DNA of 46,675 nucleotides, from contig JAHBMJ010000483.1 in NCBI GenBank assembly GCA_018398765.1, positions 1 through 46,675 of the forward strand. Reading direction: 5' to 3'. Every line of letters starts with the position of its first letter. Positions within the stretch are counted from its first letter, which is position 1. Under the pieces are notes generated by a model. It saw nothing but the letters and a program-made list of their open reading frames with translations, made no database searches and was not told where the DNA came from. Made by a program: the position numbers and the translations under genes. Source of the stretch: Chromera velia (taxonomy: Eukaryota). Shown piece by piece: positions 11,201-24,981 of this stretch.

Positions 11201-14200
11201 CACAGTGTTTGGAGAGGCCTACGCCTGGGGAAGAGGCAAGGAGGGACAGCTTGGTAACGGAAACACTAGAGACAGGTGAGGAAGTGACCTAGGCATACGA
11301 ATCTGTATGCAGCAATGGCTCACATTTCTTACGAATACCGTCAGAAACGTTGCAGACAATCTACTGGACAATGGCGCGGAAGAAAGAAGGAAAGTGGAAC
11401 GAGAGAAGATACGGGATTGCACAGGGAGCAGCGAGGCAGATAAAGAGAGAAGATACGGGATTGCACAGGGAGCAGCGAGGCAGATAAAGAGAGAAGATAC
11501 GGGATTGCACAGGGAGCAGCGAGGCAGATAAAGAGAGAAGATACGGGATTGCACAGGGAGTAGCGAGGCAGATAAAGAGAGAAGATACGGGATTGTACAG
11601 GGAGCAGCGAGGCAGATAAAGAGAGAAGATACGGGATTGCACAGGGAGCAGCGAGGCAGATAAAGAGAGAAGATACGGGATTGCACAGGGAGCAGCGAGG
11701 CAGATAAAGAGAGAAGATACGGGATTGCACAGGAAGCAGCGAGGCAGATAAAGAGCATTCAAGAAGCCGTCGAATAAGTTTTTTGCTGACTTCCGTGCTG
11801 ATGGAATGAGAAAGAAAGCAGTAGAACGAGTTCTATTGATGGAGAGTGCTATTTTGTTCTTCCTCCTTCTCACATGCATGAGATGAATGAAAGACGCTGG
11901 ATGATGTGTGTCTCTTCTCTCTTCTCTTGTGTCTGCAGGTCAGAGCCCACTCCCATCGGCAGCGGTCTCGTAGGAGTGTTCGACGTCGCGTGTGGAGAAG
12001 ACTTCTCTGCCTGTCTGGTATCTCCAGAGGTGCAGACAGAGAACACCTGCCCGGCGAAGGGGATGGACGGAGGCGCGGGGGCTCTGGGCATCAAAAAGAC
12101 CCTCAGCGGTCAGTCTCCTGAGCCAAGGCAGGACAACGACATTTTCACGTATTGTCGTTGAGCTCATAGGATCAGCTGTAGAGTGGGCAAGCCGGCAGGA
12201 TTTAAAGACAGTCGTTTTTCTCCCATAAAAGGTCCTCTGTCAGAGTACCGATGATCCGATGCCCCCCCCCTTTTGTGTGCAGGGAAACTTTACACGTGGG
12301 GATCTGCAGAGCTCGGGAAGTTGGGACACGGACACGAATTCACCTCGGGGTGTCTGCTTGCTCCTCGGGAAGTGGCGGCCCTCTCGAGACTTGGGGTTAC
12401 TCAGATCTCTCTTGGTCCGTTTACCCGCCTGTCCGGTTATCTTTCTTTTGCTTTTGTATCCTCTCTTCTTTTGTTCGTAGAAAGAGTTTATGAGTATGGG
12501 GCAACTGAAGTGCATTTGATCGTTCCTTTCTGAGCAGTATCCACAGCACATAATGACGAGAACAGTGATGCGCATCCTGCATCAATGGACCGGGGCATTT
12601 AAGCGAAATCGCCCCCATGCTGACTTCCTACATGTGCGTGCTGCATTCCGATGCAAACAGGGCTGAGTCACATGACTGCCATTACCTCCAGCCATGAGCT
12701 CTACGCGTGGGGCGGAGGCTGGTATGGTCGTCTGGGTCTTGGGAGCATGCACAACGTCTTCGCACCAACAAAGGTGAGTCAATTCAGCGGGAAGCATTTC
12801 AGGACCTCCTTCACACTGTGTTTTCTCTTCTGACGAACACACGAAAGTGAGTGTCTCATTTATTTTTCCGAGTGGAAGGGGTGTGAGAAAAAAATGCAGA
12901 TTTCCAGGATGCCACACTAGACAAATCGACGGTTTGTAACCCGCTTTTCTTGTTTTGCATCCCTCCAGGTCCCCGTCGGTCCCGAGGGGGCTCTGGTGAG
13001 GCAGGTTGCTTGTTGTGCCTTCCACACAGGCGCCATCGTCTCTGAAGACGGGAGGGAGAGCGTGGGGCCTGTGTACCTCTGGGGCAAGAAGGACTGCGTG
13101 TGCTCTGTCGATCATCTGCTGGTGCCAACAAGGCTGGAGGGAGTGGAAGTGTCTGGACTGAGGTTTAGGGAGATTGCCTGTGGAGATGAACATACGTTGA
13201 TGGTGAAGGCAGGAAACCCGGTAGGTCGGTTGGTCGGTCGCTGATACCCTTGCTCACTAGTTGTCGTGTCAAGCGCCTCCTCGAAGTCTGTGAACGTCTT
13301 CGTGTGCAAAAGATGCGTGAAAGTATTCTTCATATTGTGTACGTTCTAATTTCGAGAGGAAGACATCGGTTTTTCATCTTGACTGAATTTCTGTCGATGT
13401 CAATCGACAAACAGATGTGCGTCCTGGAATTGAGAGTCGCTTTGACACATCGTGACGCCCTCCCTCACTTTGTCTGCATGGCATGCTTGGTGCTTTTGTT
13501 TGTGGGAGTCATCGAGAGGATCTATCGATCCTTCTCAAATTAATTCCTTTTGACAATTCTTCCCCTACATTGATTGATGCCTCCGCTTCTTCCCTTCCCT
13601 TCCCCTGCTGCCTGTGCCTGCATGCAGCCCCAGGTTTGGGCCTTCGGAAGCAACCAGAAGGACCAGTTGGCCCTCGGGAAGAAGGACTCGGACAGAATGA
13701 TGGCGACACCGTGGGTGGATAGGCCTCTTCAGGTCCAGAGCTTCAATATCACGCAGGTAGGTTTGTGACGCTATCGAAGAAGTGGGCTGACGCAAAAAAT
13801 TGTTGTTTTGGATTGAGAGTTGCAAGGATCAAATGTCGCGACCGCTAAGGCCTTCTTTACAACGTCGATGAGGGCAACGTGGCACTTGTGTGTGCTCTTG
13901 TGCACAGGCGTATGCCTATCAGCGTGTCTCGCGGTATCTCTCTGACGTTCTGTCGTTCGGGTGTTTCTCCGTTTTCTGTCTATGCGTCTGTTGGTCTCTC
14001 AGCGGGTCGGTTTCCTTACCAGCGATGGAAAGAAACCCTGGGTCTCCAGTCATCTGCGTGCGTGCTTGTCTCCTCCTACAGGTTGTCTCGAAAATTGCCA
14101 CAGGTCCCCATCACGCCCTCGCACTCATGAGAGCGTCAGTATGGAAGGGAGACATTCTGTGGCTCATTTTCCTTAATTTCTCCTTTGTAGGCGAACATTC

Positions 14201-17200
14201 CACTAAGAAAGCAGAAGAGAACAAGAGAAAGGACTGGATCGATTTACCTTTTGACTGCATTTTGGCTTCCTGGCTTTTCAGGTCTTCTTGGGGACGGGGG
14301 AAAGAAAACGGAAAAAAAGAGTTCACAGCATCCTTCGCAGTCCCATGTACTTCTCTCCATACGCAATGTCGACAGCCATCCCGACTCTTTCTGAGCAGCT
14401 AGTCCTGTTTCTCAAGCAATGAATAAATTCTCGAGGATTTCTATTCGGACAGTCATATCCAACGGTTGATGGACAAATACAGAAAGGTGTCTCTCTGATT
14501 GCATATGTATCTGTCTGTCTGTCTGTCTCTGCAGTCCGGTGGGAGGCGAGGTTCTCTCTTGGGGCCTCGCTGCCAACGGTCGTTTGGGTTTGGGGGAGAA
14601 GAGACGGAAGACAATTGACAGCCCAGAGACAATTCAGGCAGAGTGGAACTCGGAGAGGAAAGGTACGTCAGCCTGCATGCATGAGACGGATGAAGGTGCT
14701 GCAGAGTCAACCAAGAGACCTGAGATAGAATTGATTGTAGGAAAGGTGCAAGGTGAAGCATCGTATATATTGGTGTTCTGACTCTTCAAGCTGCCATGTC
14801 GCCCTCAAGACGCACGCCCCGTCCAATGGTTTCAAAAAAAGCAGAGGGTGCAGGTTGTGCAAACCAAAATCAAAGAAAGTCCTGCATGGGTCTTGCCTGT
14901 GTCTGCTGTCCTCTGCTGTTCCTCTGCAGAAGCGAAGGGGGCCGAGACGGGAGAGGAGAAGGTCGAGAAGAGAGGAGGAACACACGGCCTCCTGCGACTG
15001 AAAAATTTAGAGGCGACTTTGACAGCCGGGGGGGTGCTCCCGTCTTTTGGCGTCATTCAGAGTCTTCTGCAGGTTCGTTTGAGGGGCTCATACTCAGAAG
15101 TTGTGTGTGTGGGGGGNNNNNNNNNNNNNNNNNNNNNNNNNNNNNNNNNNNNNNNNNNNNGGGGGGGCTATCCCTTTGTGCCCTTAGCACATACGCAAAG
15201 AATAAAGATTCAGAGACCCTTCGGAGTACCTGGTCCAGGTTCATGTTGAGTTGTGCCGGGAAAACAGTCGCTTTTGTTTCTCCAGATTTCCTCTACGTGC
15301 ATGGTTCTCTCTGCTGATGGTCTCACTTGTGTAGTATACATGTGCCTATTCCAAGGTCATGGAGAGGCCTGACGAGGGACAGGATCTAAATGGATTTCCT
15401 GTTTCGACAAACACCTGCTGTCGCTCGGAGCCCTCATCCTGAGACACTTGCTCTCTCTGTCTCTGTCTCTGTCTCTTTGTCGGTGCAGATGGAAGGACCA
15501 GAGCACACACAAGAGAGCTTACGGTCCCTCCAGCAGGATATTGCAAAGAGCTTCAAAGGTTTGTCCGTACTTCGCTGCCTTCGAAAGAGTCCTCTTTGAC
15601 CTATTGCAAATATTGTTTCGTTCCCGTTTTTGCCCTCCTTTTCCTGACCTTACTCTCGTCTTTTTCTCCACAGTTCTTCTTCCCCGCTTCTTGGTCATCC
15701 AAAGCATTTGCAACGGTAGCTGCAGGGGAGGCTGTCAACTTTCCTTTGTCTCCTTTTCCTGCCTTGTTTCCGTCCAGCCTCGATTCGTTGTATCCCATGC
15801 CCCTCTCTGTCCCTCTCGCTGTCTCTGCCTGCAGGATTTCTGAAGTCCATCGACCAATACCAACAGACCAGTGAGGTCGAGGCAGAGCTGCGAACCAACT
15901 TTTTTCCGGGGCTCCCAATTTTTAATCCGGACGTGTTACCGACAAGTGGAACGTCAGTGAGCGACTGTCTCTCCCAACTCAAGAGAGATCTTCCCTCGTT
16001 CAGGACTGAAGAATCCAACGAGGCCCCCAGTTTCTTTGATTTACTAGTTTGGGTGGATCCACTAGCACAAAACTCGGATTCAGTGCCTCTCTCTTGTCCT
16101 TCACGCCTAGTCAGTGCTCAGAAGTGTTCTTCTTTTGCCTCTTTCTTACCTGTCGAAACAGAGAAGAAGATCATCGACATGGACTCGAAGACAATGTTTC
16201 ACTCTCTCTTTGCATCTAAACCCTGAACGGGTGCACATTTGCAGAATGAGGTCTCCCGCAGGAATTCGGAAGAATCTGACGCGCTTCAGGGTCAGTTGAG
16301 AGAGTGAGTGAGTGAGAGCACGGCATGGGCCGTCCGATAGGCCTGTTCATATACAGGAAAGAGGGTGCAATTCTTCTCTAAAGCCCAGTAAATCGATCTG
16401 AGAGTCGGAAACATCCAAAGAAGGAAGCGTGTAGGTTTCTTTGTGAAACCCGTTAGTCGGTGACATTTGGAGGCGCTCGCTCTGATCTCCTTCCTTCTTG
16501 ATCACAGTTGAAGAGTTACTTCTTCTCTGTGATGCGGACCTGCCTGCCTCTTCCCCCCTCACTATTCTAACCCATACTTGCTCTGCATGCAGCGCTGCTT
16601 TCTTGTCCCACTCTTTTGCCATCGTAATCTACTGAACCTTTCGTTCCTTCCTCGCCATCCCATCCTTTTACTTACGTTCCCCCTTTCCCCCTCTCTCTGC
16701 CTCCCTGTTCCTTCGTCTTAAGCTCCGTTTTTCTGGTCCCTTACCTTCTCTCTATTTTTCTCCTTTCCTAATACATGCGGAATTTTATGCGCAGGATGGG
16801 TGGTCCGCGGTTTCCGTGACAGATTCGATGGTTTCCTTGTTTGAGGCAGAAAAGCGCTTTTCCTTTCTCTCTCCAAAACTGCAAAGTTCAGAAGCTCCAT
16901 CTTTCTTGTTTGGAGTCTTCCCCACTTGACTTGCTTCTCATCGAGCGGAGTGATTTGAGTTCAGACTCATAAGTCTTTGGTACGCATAGACTCACTCACT
17001 CACTCACTCACTGTGCTTCTCGCGCGAGTGCTGCAGAAACTCCTGGAGATGCTCCACATCCAGCCTTCCTACCTGGCCAACTTGTCGAAGATCCTTCTTG
17101 AAAATGTGGACAGACAGAGGAGGGAGGCAGAGGAGGAACAGATGTTCCTAGATACAGTGGATGCCGTCAGTCTTTTCTTTTGCTTAATCAAATTGTGTTT

Positions 17201-20200
17201 CTGTCTCTCTAGCCATGTCTCTGTGAGTCTGTCCCTCTCTTTTGAGTCTTCTCTGTTTTGCGTTTCCCTTTCCTCTTGCTTCCACCATGAAGCCAGGATG
17301 AGATCTGTGAGAAGTTCCATCAGAAAAAGAAAGCCTCTTTTCACCTGATGTCACAGTCCCTCCAACCTGAAGCCAAAAGCCGAATTAATTCCCAAGTCGC
17401 CTCTTGTGTTGGACGACCTGGCTGCAGCCGTTCAAGTCTTTCCGTTGTGTGTTGTGCTTGTTTTGTGTCTCAATTTACCGCATAACCTCGATCTCTCTTC
17501 CATGCTTTCAGGTCTACGCCGACATTGCAAATGCCCGCATTCGGCACCTTTTCCTGGCCCTCTGCCGTCTCATGTGCACACAGGAAGTCGAGATGACTAC
17601 TGACGAGGCGGACATCTTTAGACCAGGTCTGGTTCGGACATCTGCACATTTTGCGCTTTCAGCTTTCTCTTCGGCCAGCATCTTCTGATCTTTTTGGATT
17701 TTTTTTCACTCATCCACCACCTTCCTATCCGATTTCTTCTGTTGAACCTCTTTCTACCCAGGAAGAAAACCCCATTTTGTTCGTTTTGCTCCTCTCACCC
17801 TGCAGATCGCAGCGTGTTTGCCCAAGTTTTCAGAGTCTTCGTTCAGAAAGACATCTTCTGTGGGGCCGCTGCCTGGGATCGGATGTGGTCAGTTGGGGTG
17901 TGTGCGTTTGTGTGTTTTTTCCTTCTTCGTCTCTTTATTTGTCAGGAGAATCAAGGGATCGGATGTGGTCAGTTGGGAAGGAGATGAACTGACCGCTGAA
18001 GACAGAACCTCTGATACATTCAGCACAGATTTCCGTCTTGCATATGTGCATACACATGTACATCGCTTCGGATATATTCATCCTGCTGTTCTTCGATCCT
18101 CCCCCCTGCCTACAGGCGTATGTCAACGGAGATCGACAACGAATTCCGGGACCTCTACGTAAACGTGGAGGACGGAGGGGGTGGGTTGAAGCATTTGTTT
18201 TCAGGAAAGGTTTTGTTTTGGGGTGCGGGGGCTGGAGGAAGGGTTGGATTGGTTGATAGGTTTCTTTGAGGATGATTCCGTGTGATCAACGGAGATGAGT
18301 CTGTTCACTAGGGGCCGGCTGACTTGAAGGCATGAAGGCTCCTCGGATGCCTCTGAATTTTTTCTTCTGTTTTTTCTGCTCAGGCAAACGCATGAAGAAA
18401 GAGATTCCTTAGCCCAACCCGAAGAATTTCACCTAAATGGGATGCACAATTAATGCCGGTTCTTGCATTGAACTGAATGCGCGGACCATCTGCATAGATA
18501 AAAAAATCATTCAGTAAGTGTCTTGGTACTCTTTGTGGATGCAGAGCTTTCGCCTTCTTGTTTTGCCCCTTCTGTGCATGTGCAGGTTCCCTCACCCCCA
18601 CGTACTACTGGGAGGCTGACCAGGTGGTGAACCTCGGTCTGATCATCCAGAAGTCCTTCATTCCCGCCACTGCAGACGTCAGTCAGTCAGCTGGGAATCT
18701 GTATTCTTGGCTCTCTCTCACTGACATTTTTCATTTCGGTGGACGTAGGAGGGTGCATTTCAGCTGTAGTGAACCAAACGGGTTGCCGGCTTGCTTGAAG
18801 GGTCTTTGTGTGTTGTTGCAAAAAGGAGAGAGCCCTCGTAGTGTGGGACTGTTCTAGTGACTGTCATTTTGATCTGTGCTTTGTGGAATTCTCTCACATT
18901 CAAGTGACCGTACCAAAGAGACAACCGGTCTGTCTGGATTCTCTCTTGATTTTGTTCCCCGTTGAATCGAGAATACAGCACATACAGTAATCTATGCGCT
19001 GAATGGTTTCGTGCAGGTCTGCTCGTGTGCAGCTGAGCCCTGCAAGTTCGTGGTCGACACAGCAAAGAAGCAGCTGCAGAGACGGGGAATGAAACTGGGA
19101 GACGGCGATGTCAGTGCATCGGTTGATTCTGGCTGGCCTGTGTCAATTGTTAATTCTGCCTGCAGTCTGTACGGCGTTTTCTTCCTTCTTTACTTGCTGC
19201 ATTTCTACCTGCATGGCGTTTCGCTCAATTGACTTCTGATGGGGGGAAGAAATCAGATCGGTCTCTCTCATGGTTTTCTGCAATTAAGTGGTCATGAGTC
19301 GAAGAAGAGAAAGAGGGGAGAGAGAAGGACACATCTCCGAGTTATCATACGACAACTCTGTTTGTCCCTTTTCGATGTTTGTTTTTGCTGTGCAGAGAGC
19401 AAACGACACCTCCTTTTTCCGACCTCTCATGAAATTGGTCGTCACGGTCCGTCCTCTCTTTCTTTCGTTTTCCCATTCTGCTTGATCTTTGATTCGCTTG
19501 TTTCTCTCTTGCTTGTCCTTATTTCCCTTTCCACTAGCGAAGCCTGAAAGCATTCGGTAGTTCCCTTTCTCTGTAGCCTCTCTGAGGGTGATGTCAAATT
19601 CTAAGCGCAATCCACATGCATGTGGGACGATCGATGAGCAGCCATGCGCATGTAATTCTTCGTCGTCGCCTGTCCTGTCCTCTCGGTCTCCTCTCCTGCC
19701 TGAGTGCCTGCCTGCCTGCCTGCAGGGTCTTCTGCTTCCCCTCGTGGAGGGTGTGGCTGACACCAGAAGGGAGGCAGCAATGAGGGCAGGCAACGGTGAG
19801 TCTTCAACCAAAAGGACATCCATCACTGCATGTGTTTGTTGGTTGCGGAGGCCGTTGGGTCCTCGAACAGTGCACACAAAGACAGTGAATGGACGTTGAC
19901 AGGGAGTCCGGAATCGTCTTTTTTTGGCTACGCTCACCCCGTCGCTTTGTTTTCAGTTCCCTATGTCTGTCTTTCTCGATGTAGAGGAAGACTATGTGAC
20001 ATTATTCACTATGTAACATGATTCATTTGGCGTCTGCATGCATGCATTTACTGCCAAGAGAGTGCACTGGATGCTGCCTCTGAATGCGAGTCGCTGCGTG
20101 ACCATTCTGTCTGCAGATGCCGACCTGGTTGTTGTGCACAACCTGAGGGGTATCTCTGGCATCCTCAGGTCCATCGCCGGGTTCCCAGAGGACCAGCTTG

Positions 20201-23200
20201 GCATTGGACTAGAGCCAGAGGACGGCAAGAACCCAAAACAAAGGGTGTCCGCCTCACATCTGCGCACACGGTTGAAGCAAGTCGAGGAAGTCAGTCGGTG
20301 AGGAATCTCTCCAAAACCAATCACGCATTTTACCTTCTGCGCAAAAACCTCCGCCGCGTGTCTGCTTGCAGTGTTTATGAATGCTTATGTGTCCAGAAGC
20401 GCTGACAATCTAGCTCTCTCCTGGACTTTTTGATCGATTTTTCTTACCGAAGACCTCCTCTACTCTTAAATAATTTCTTTTGTCCTCTTCCCTTCCGTTC
20501 CGTCCCCTTACCTTCCCTGACATGATCAGGACGTGAAAGACCAACTGATCCACGTCCTCCTGAAGAGCGCAGAGTCCCCAATCGACCTCGACGTGCAGGT
20601 CTGTCTGTCTGTCTGTCTGTCTGTTGGTCGGCTGCACGGTGCTTTTGTGGTTTCGATTCTGTTTATTTTTTCTGTGTCTCGTTGTTTGTTTTTCGATCTG
20701 TCCGATCGAACTCTTAATTGCCAGGATAGAAAAGGTTCGTGCGCTTCCAAACCCTCAGGAGGCTTGCTCGATGCCAGCGTCTCTCTTTCCACTGCAATGC
20801 TCTGGTCTCGTTGAATGTATGAATATTGATCGCGCGTGCAACTGTTCCCTTGTTGCTGATCGCAAGCCTGTTTCAGAAGAAGCGGCAAAATACAAGAAAC
20901 AGGACTTGCAAGGTCCACCAAGTAGCAACCATTCGGTCCATCGTTTTTCCTTCCTGCAGATGACGATCGATTTGTACGAGTTCCACTTCACCGACCAACT
21001 GACAGAGCTCTTGATAAGGGAAGAGACGCTCGCACGTCAGTCGCGTTATCTCTTTTCCACTGCTTTTTTGCCCCAGTTGGTTTTCACCCTCGTGGCTAGG
21101 CCCCCTCAGTTCTCAGACACTCATGCACCAATCAGTCGTCGTGCGGCCGAATTGAACAGGAAAGGGCCTGCAGGGAGGAATTAGTAAAAACGCGGTCGAA
21201 CTGGCTGAGTTTGTGATCAACTCTTTTTTCTTGATTGAAATGGGTGCGCTGTCCCAACAGGATGAGGATAAATGTATGTTTGGGTCACACATGAAGTGCT
21301 TGAGTTGGTGAGGGAGTCTTGCGTTTGATTGATGTGCATGGAAGCATAACATTTATTTTCTTTGCCCGACCGACCCCACAGGTCTGACGAACTTTTTGGC
21401 GAAGAACGAAGGGAAATACCAACTCTCTGCAGAGGACCCCGTGATGGAAGAGGTCAGCCTGGGCTGTGTGGTCACTCGATTGCCTGTTCGACAGTCTCTT
21501 GATTGTGGCCTATGTTGCCGTCTCCCTTGTCGCTTTGTTGCGCTTTGTCCGCCTCTTCCTTCTTTTTGAGTTTTTTTACCAATGACTCTTTCATGAATTC
21601 CTTTTCCTTTCCTGACACGTTTCGTCCGTTTTGATAACTGCTGTGTGTGCAGGTGGAATCAATCTGCGGAGGCGCTCAAGTCCCCTTCCCCCCGTCTCAG
21701 CTGAAAAACAAAACGTCAGCCTCAGTCAGACTTTTGGACCCGTCATGGAACCTACCAAAATTTGGCTCTCTCATCCCATGCGTGAACTCTCAATGCTACC
21801 TCTCTATCTACGTGCCTATTCATACTTGTTTCTGGATGTAGGTCTATCTCCCCGTCAATCTAACCCTCTCTGTGCTCGTCCGAAGAGTGGAAAGACTGAG
21901 GGAACGGAGGCTACACTAATGAGCCAGCCATGAATCGGCATGTCCACACCCACCTGCCCATACAGGTATTTGGATTTGCCTGCATTGAAAGACTTCATTG
22001 AAAAATTCTTCATTTGCTCTCTCTCTCTCTCTCTCTCTCTCGACCCCGGAATCTGCAGATGGGTGCGGAACGTCCAGAAGTTTTTCATCGACCACCGGTT
22101 TCTTCTCAGGTGCGCTTCTTCTCTTTGTTGCCCTTTGTTGTTTCCTACCTACGTTCGTGTCTTTCTGCGTGTGTCCAGTTCATCTGAATCGATTCAACTC
22201 GTTTGTGCGCGAGTGGTCTTGGATTCATGTTCTTCCTTCCTGACTTTGAACCGAGGTACAAAGTCTTTTTGTTGTGCCTGCTTGCTTCTGCTTTTTTGCA
22301 GGAAGGAGAATTTGGTGTTCTGCCGGTACTCCCTCGCACCTGTCCCTCAGAGACTCGCACCCAGACAGAGAGCCTTTGGACAGGTCTGCAAAAAGCGGAA
22401 TGAAACGAGAAGAAAGAACAATGTTTTTGTTTTCTCGTTTTGCATACATGGGATTTGTCTCTCAATCGTTCAGGCAACAACAGACGGGCGTGGAATTCGG
22501 GAAAGTTTCTAGGACTCCCTTGGTCTTTTTTGGTCGTACGTTTCAGAGCACAGACGTGGCGTTGTGTCCTTCCTGTGTATGCGCAACGACATTCCTGTAT
22601 ATCCTTCGTTGTTTGAAGTGTGTCATTCCTTTCATTTTTTCGTCTTACCAAAGATGAGATGAGGTCGACACGGAGCTCCTGCCGTTTCTTCGCCCTCTTT
22701 GATGGGTTCTCTCTCTGTCCATACTGTCTCTGCCTGCCTCCTGATTTCTCCCTGCCTGTTTGTCTGCAGGACGGAGAGCTGCTCTCTCTGATCAAGCCAT
22801 TCGAGTACGTCGACTCATTCGAGCAGAAGTTTCTCCTTCAGGAGGTGATGAGAAGAATGGAGACTAAATTGAAGTCTCGGACCTTTGCAGAATTGGCAGA
22901 GGAACTGGACAGGCTCCGGGAGGGGGAGCTGAAGAAGCAGCCTCCGGACTTCGAGGGCGCAGGAAGGGTGCAGAATGCTATCCGGACATTAGAGGACATG
23001 CGCAAGGTGGGCAGGAAGACAGGTATCTCCATAAAAACTCTCGTTTCTTACACGCTTTCGTCTCGTTAAAACACTTTGTGGCTCGGGTCGGGGTGCCCTT
23101 CAAAACCGTTTTTTATTGCCTCTCTATTGATGTCAAATCACACAGATTTGACTCAAAGCATTTTTCCCACACTTGTCGTGTTCTCATTTGTTCTCCTACT

Positions 23201-23980
23201 TCCACACAATTCCTGCCTGCATGCAGCACGACACCAACCCCGAGCAGCTGGCCCTCTGGATTATTCGGAACATCATGGCCAGGAAGGAGTACCTCGCCTA
23301 CCTGACACAACTGAAGGTCTGTCCGCATGCGGTGGACGTGCAATGCAGGCAGGGAGACTGTGTATGTGAATATGTGACGATGTGAGTATGAATATTCGGT
23401 ACAGAGAGGCAGAAGGAAAGTGTATCGCCTCCCTCTTGCATCTGAAGACAGGCTCTGTCTCTTGCCGTCCTGGCAACCTGGAGTCTGGGCACGTCTTTTG
23501 CTTACGCTTCTGCCTTTCATTTTATTTATGCGTATTGGACATCGCAAAATTTGGGTCCATGAGACTGCATGCGTCAACGGTTTTCACCCAGACAAGACAC
23601 ATGCGATCGGAGTCATGAATGACCTTTTGGGCAACCACGTTTCCCCCCGGCCTCCCTCCCTCCTCCCTGTGCCTGCGAGGGGTGCGGGAATGCAGTCATT
23701 CTCGAATAGGATCGAGGAGGCCAGGGCCCGTTACGAGTCCATCCGACAGGTGCAGACAGAGGAGAGGGACGCGGTGAACTTGATCAAGGAGTCCGTGGAG
23801 GCGCCCTCGGAGTCTTTTGCGTACTTTAAATTGAGAAAACTGAAGGTCTGTCGGTGGGAATTCAGGTATTTTGAGAAAGGCCTCGCGAAAAGGGAGAGGC
23901 AGGGAGAGAGGGCCGACTGAAAGGGCCATCTAGGGAAAAACGCAGAGGAGACGAGTGTTCTGCCGACCTCTGTGTCATCT

Positions 23981-24022
<42 letters not shown>

Positions 24023-24948
24023 GCAGGTGATTCCAGACCCCGAGAACGAAGCAGAGGAGGATGGAGAAGACGCGTTTCTCCCTCTTCGCTTTGTGTTCAC
24101 AGCCAAACTTTCGGAGACGGCATTGAAACTTGAGAGGGCAGAGACCAGAGGAGCAAGGGCAAGAAGTAAGAAGGACACAGCTTCAACGCTGAGGCATGGG
24201 TGGACGGTCGTGGTCAGTTAGTCAGTCAGACAGACACGTTTGGTTAGGACGACTGTGTCTCCATCGGTCTCCGTCCAACTTGCACGTGCACATGGCTCCA
24301 TCACATCACGGATTCATTGGTTCAATCAACCTGCGGTGCTTGCAATGTCAGACCTTCAGAACGCCTGCCGAGGTCAAGTGAGGCCCTTTGAATTAATCAG
24401 TTCATCTAATTCTCAATGTCCTCGACAAAAGAAGTGAAGAAGAAGACCGGTGTTCCTGCACCGAAAAAATGTCCTTCCGCTTCCAGCAAAGGACGACGTC
24501 GCAAGAGAAGACAAGCGAGTGCAGTGGTGCTGAAGCGTCGTGTCGTGGTGCTGAAGCGTCGTGTTCTTTCTCCCTGTCGTCGTCTTGCCGTCTGATTATC
24601 TGTCTGTCTGTGTGTCTCGAACTTGTTGTGTGTTTGTTTGGTTTGATTGGTCCACCTATGCAGGTGATGCACATCGAGAGAGAGGCGAAGGCCGTAGGGG
24701 AGTTCATCATCACGCCTGACATGTCCGTCTGGAATTATGCTGTTTTGCTTTTTTTGTTCGTCTCTATTCCAGAAAGAAAGTATGAATCGAAAGTGTCGAG
24801 GAGAAAGAAGAAGAATAAGAACGACGGACAAGAAGCCGACGATCTCCGCTTTGTCAGGTTGCTGGCTCAAAGTTGGATGAGAAGACAAACTGTTGCTTTG
24901 AATCTTTTTGGTGCTGTGTGACAGCGATCTTTACATCAATCCTTTCGT

Positions 24949-24981
<33 letters not shown>

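Noticed and set aside
11401..11755. CRISPR-like array
   Set aside because: Units are contiguous with no spacers, there are no cas genes, and the array lies in an intron.
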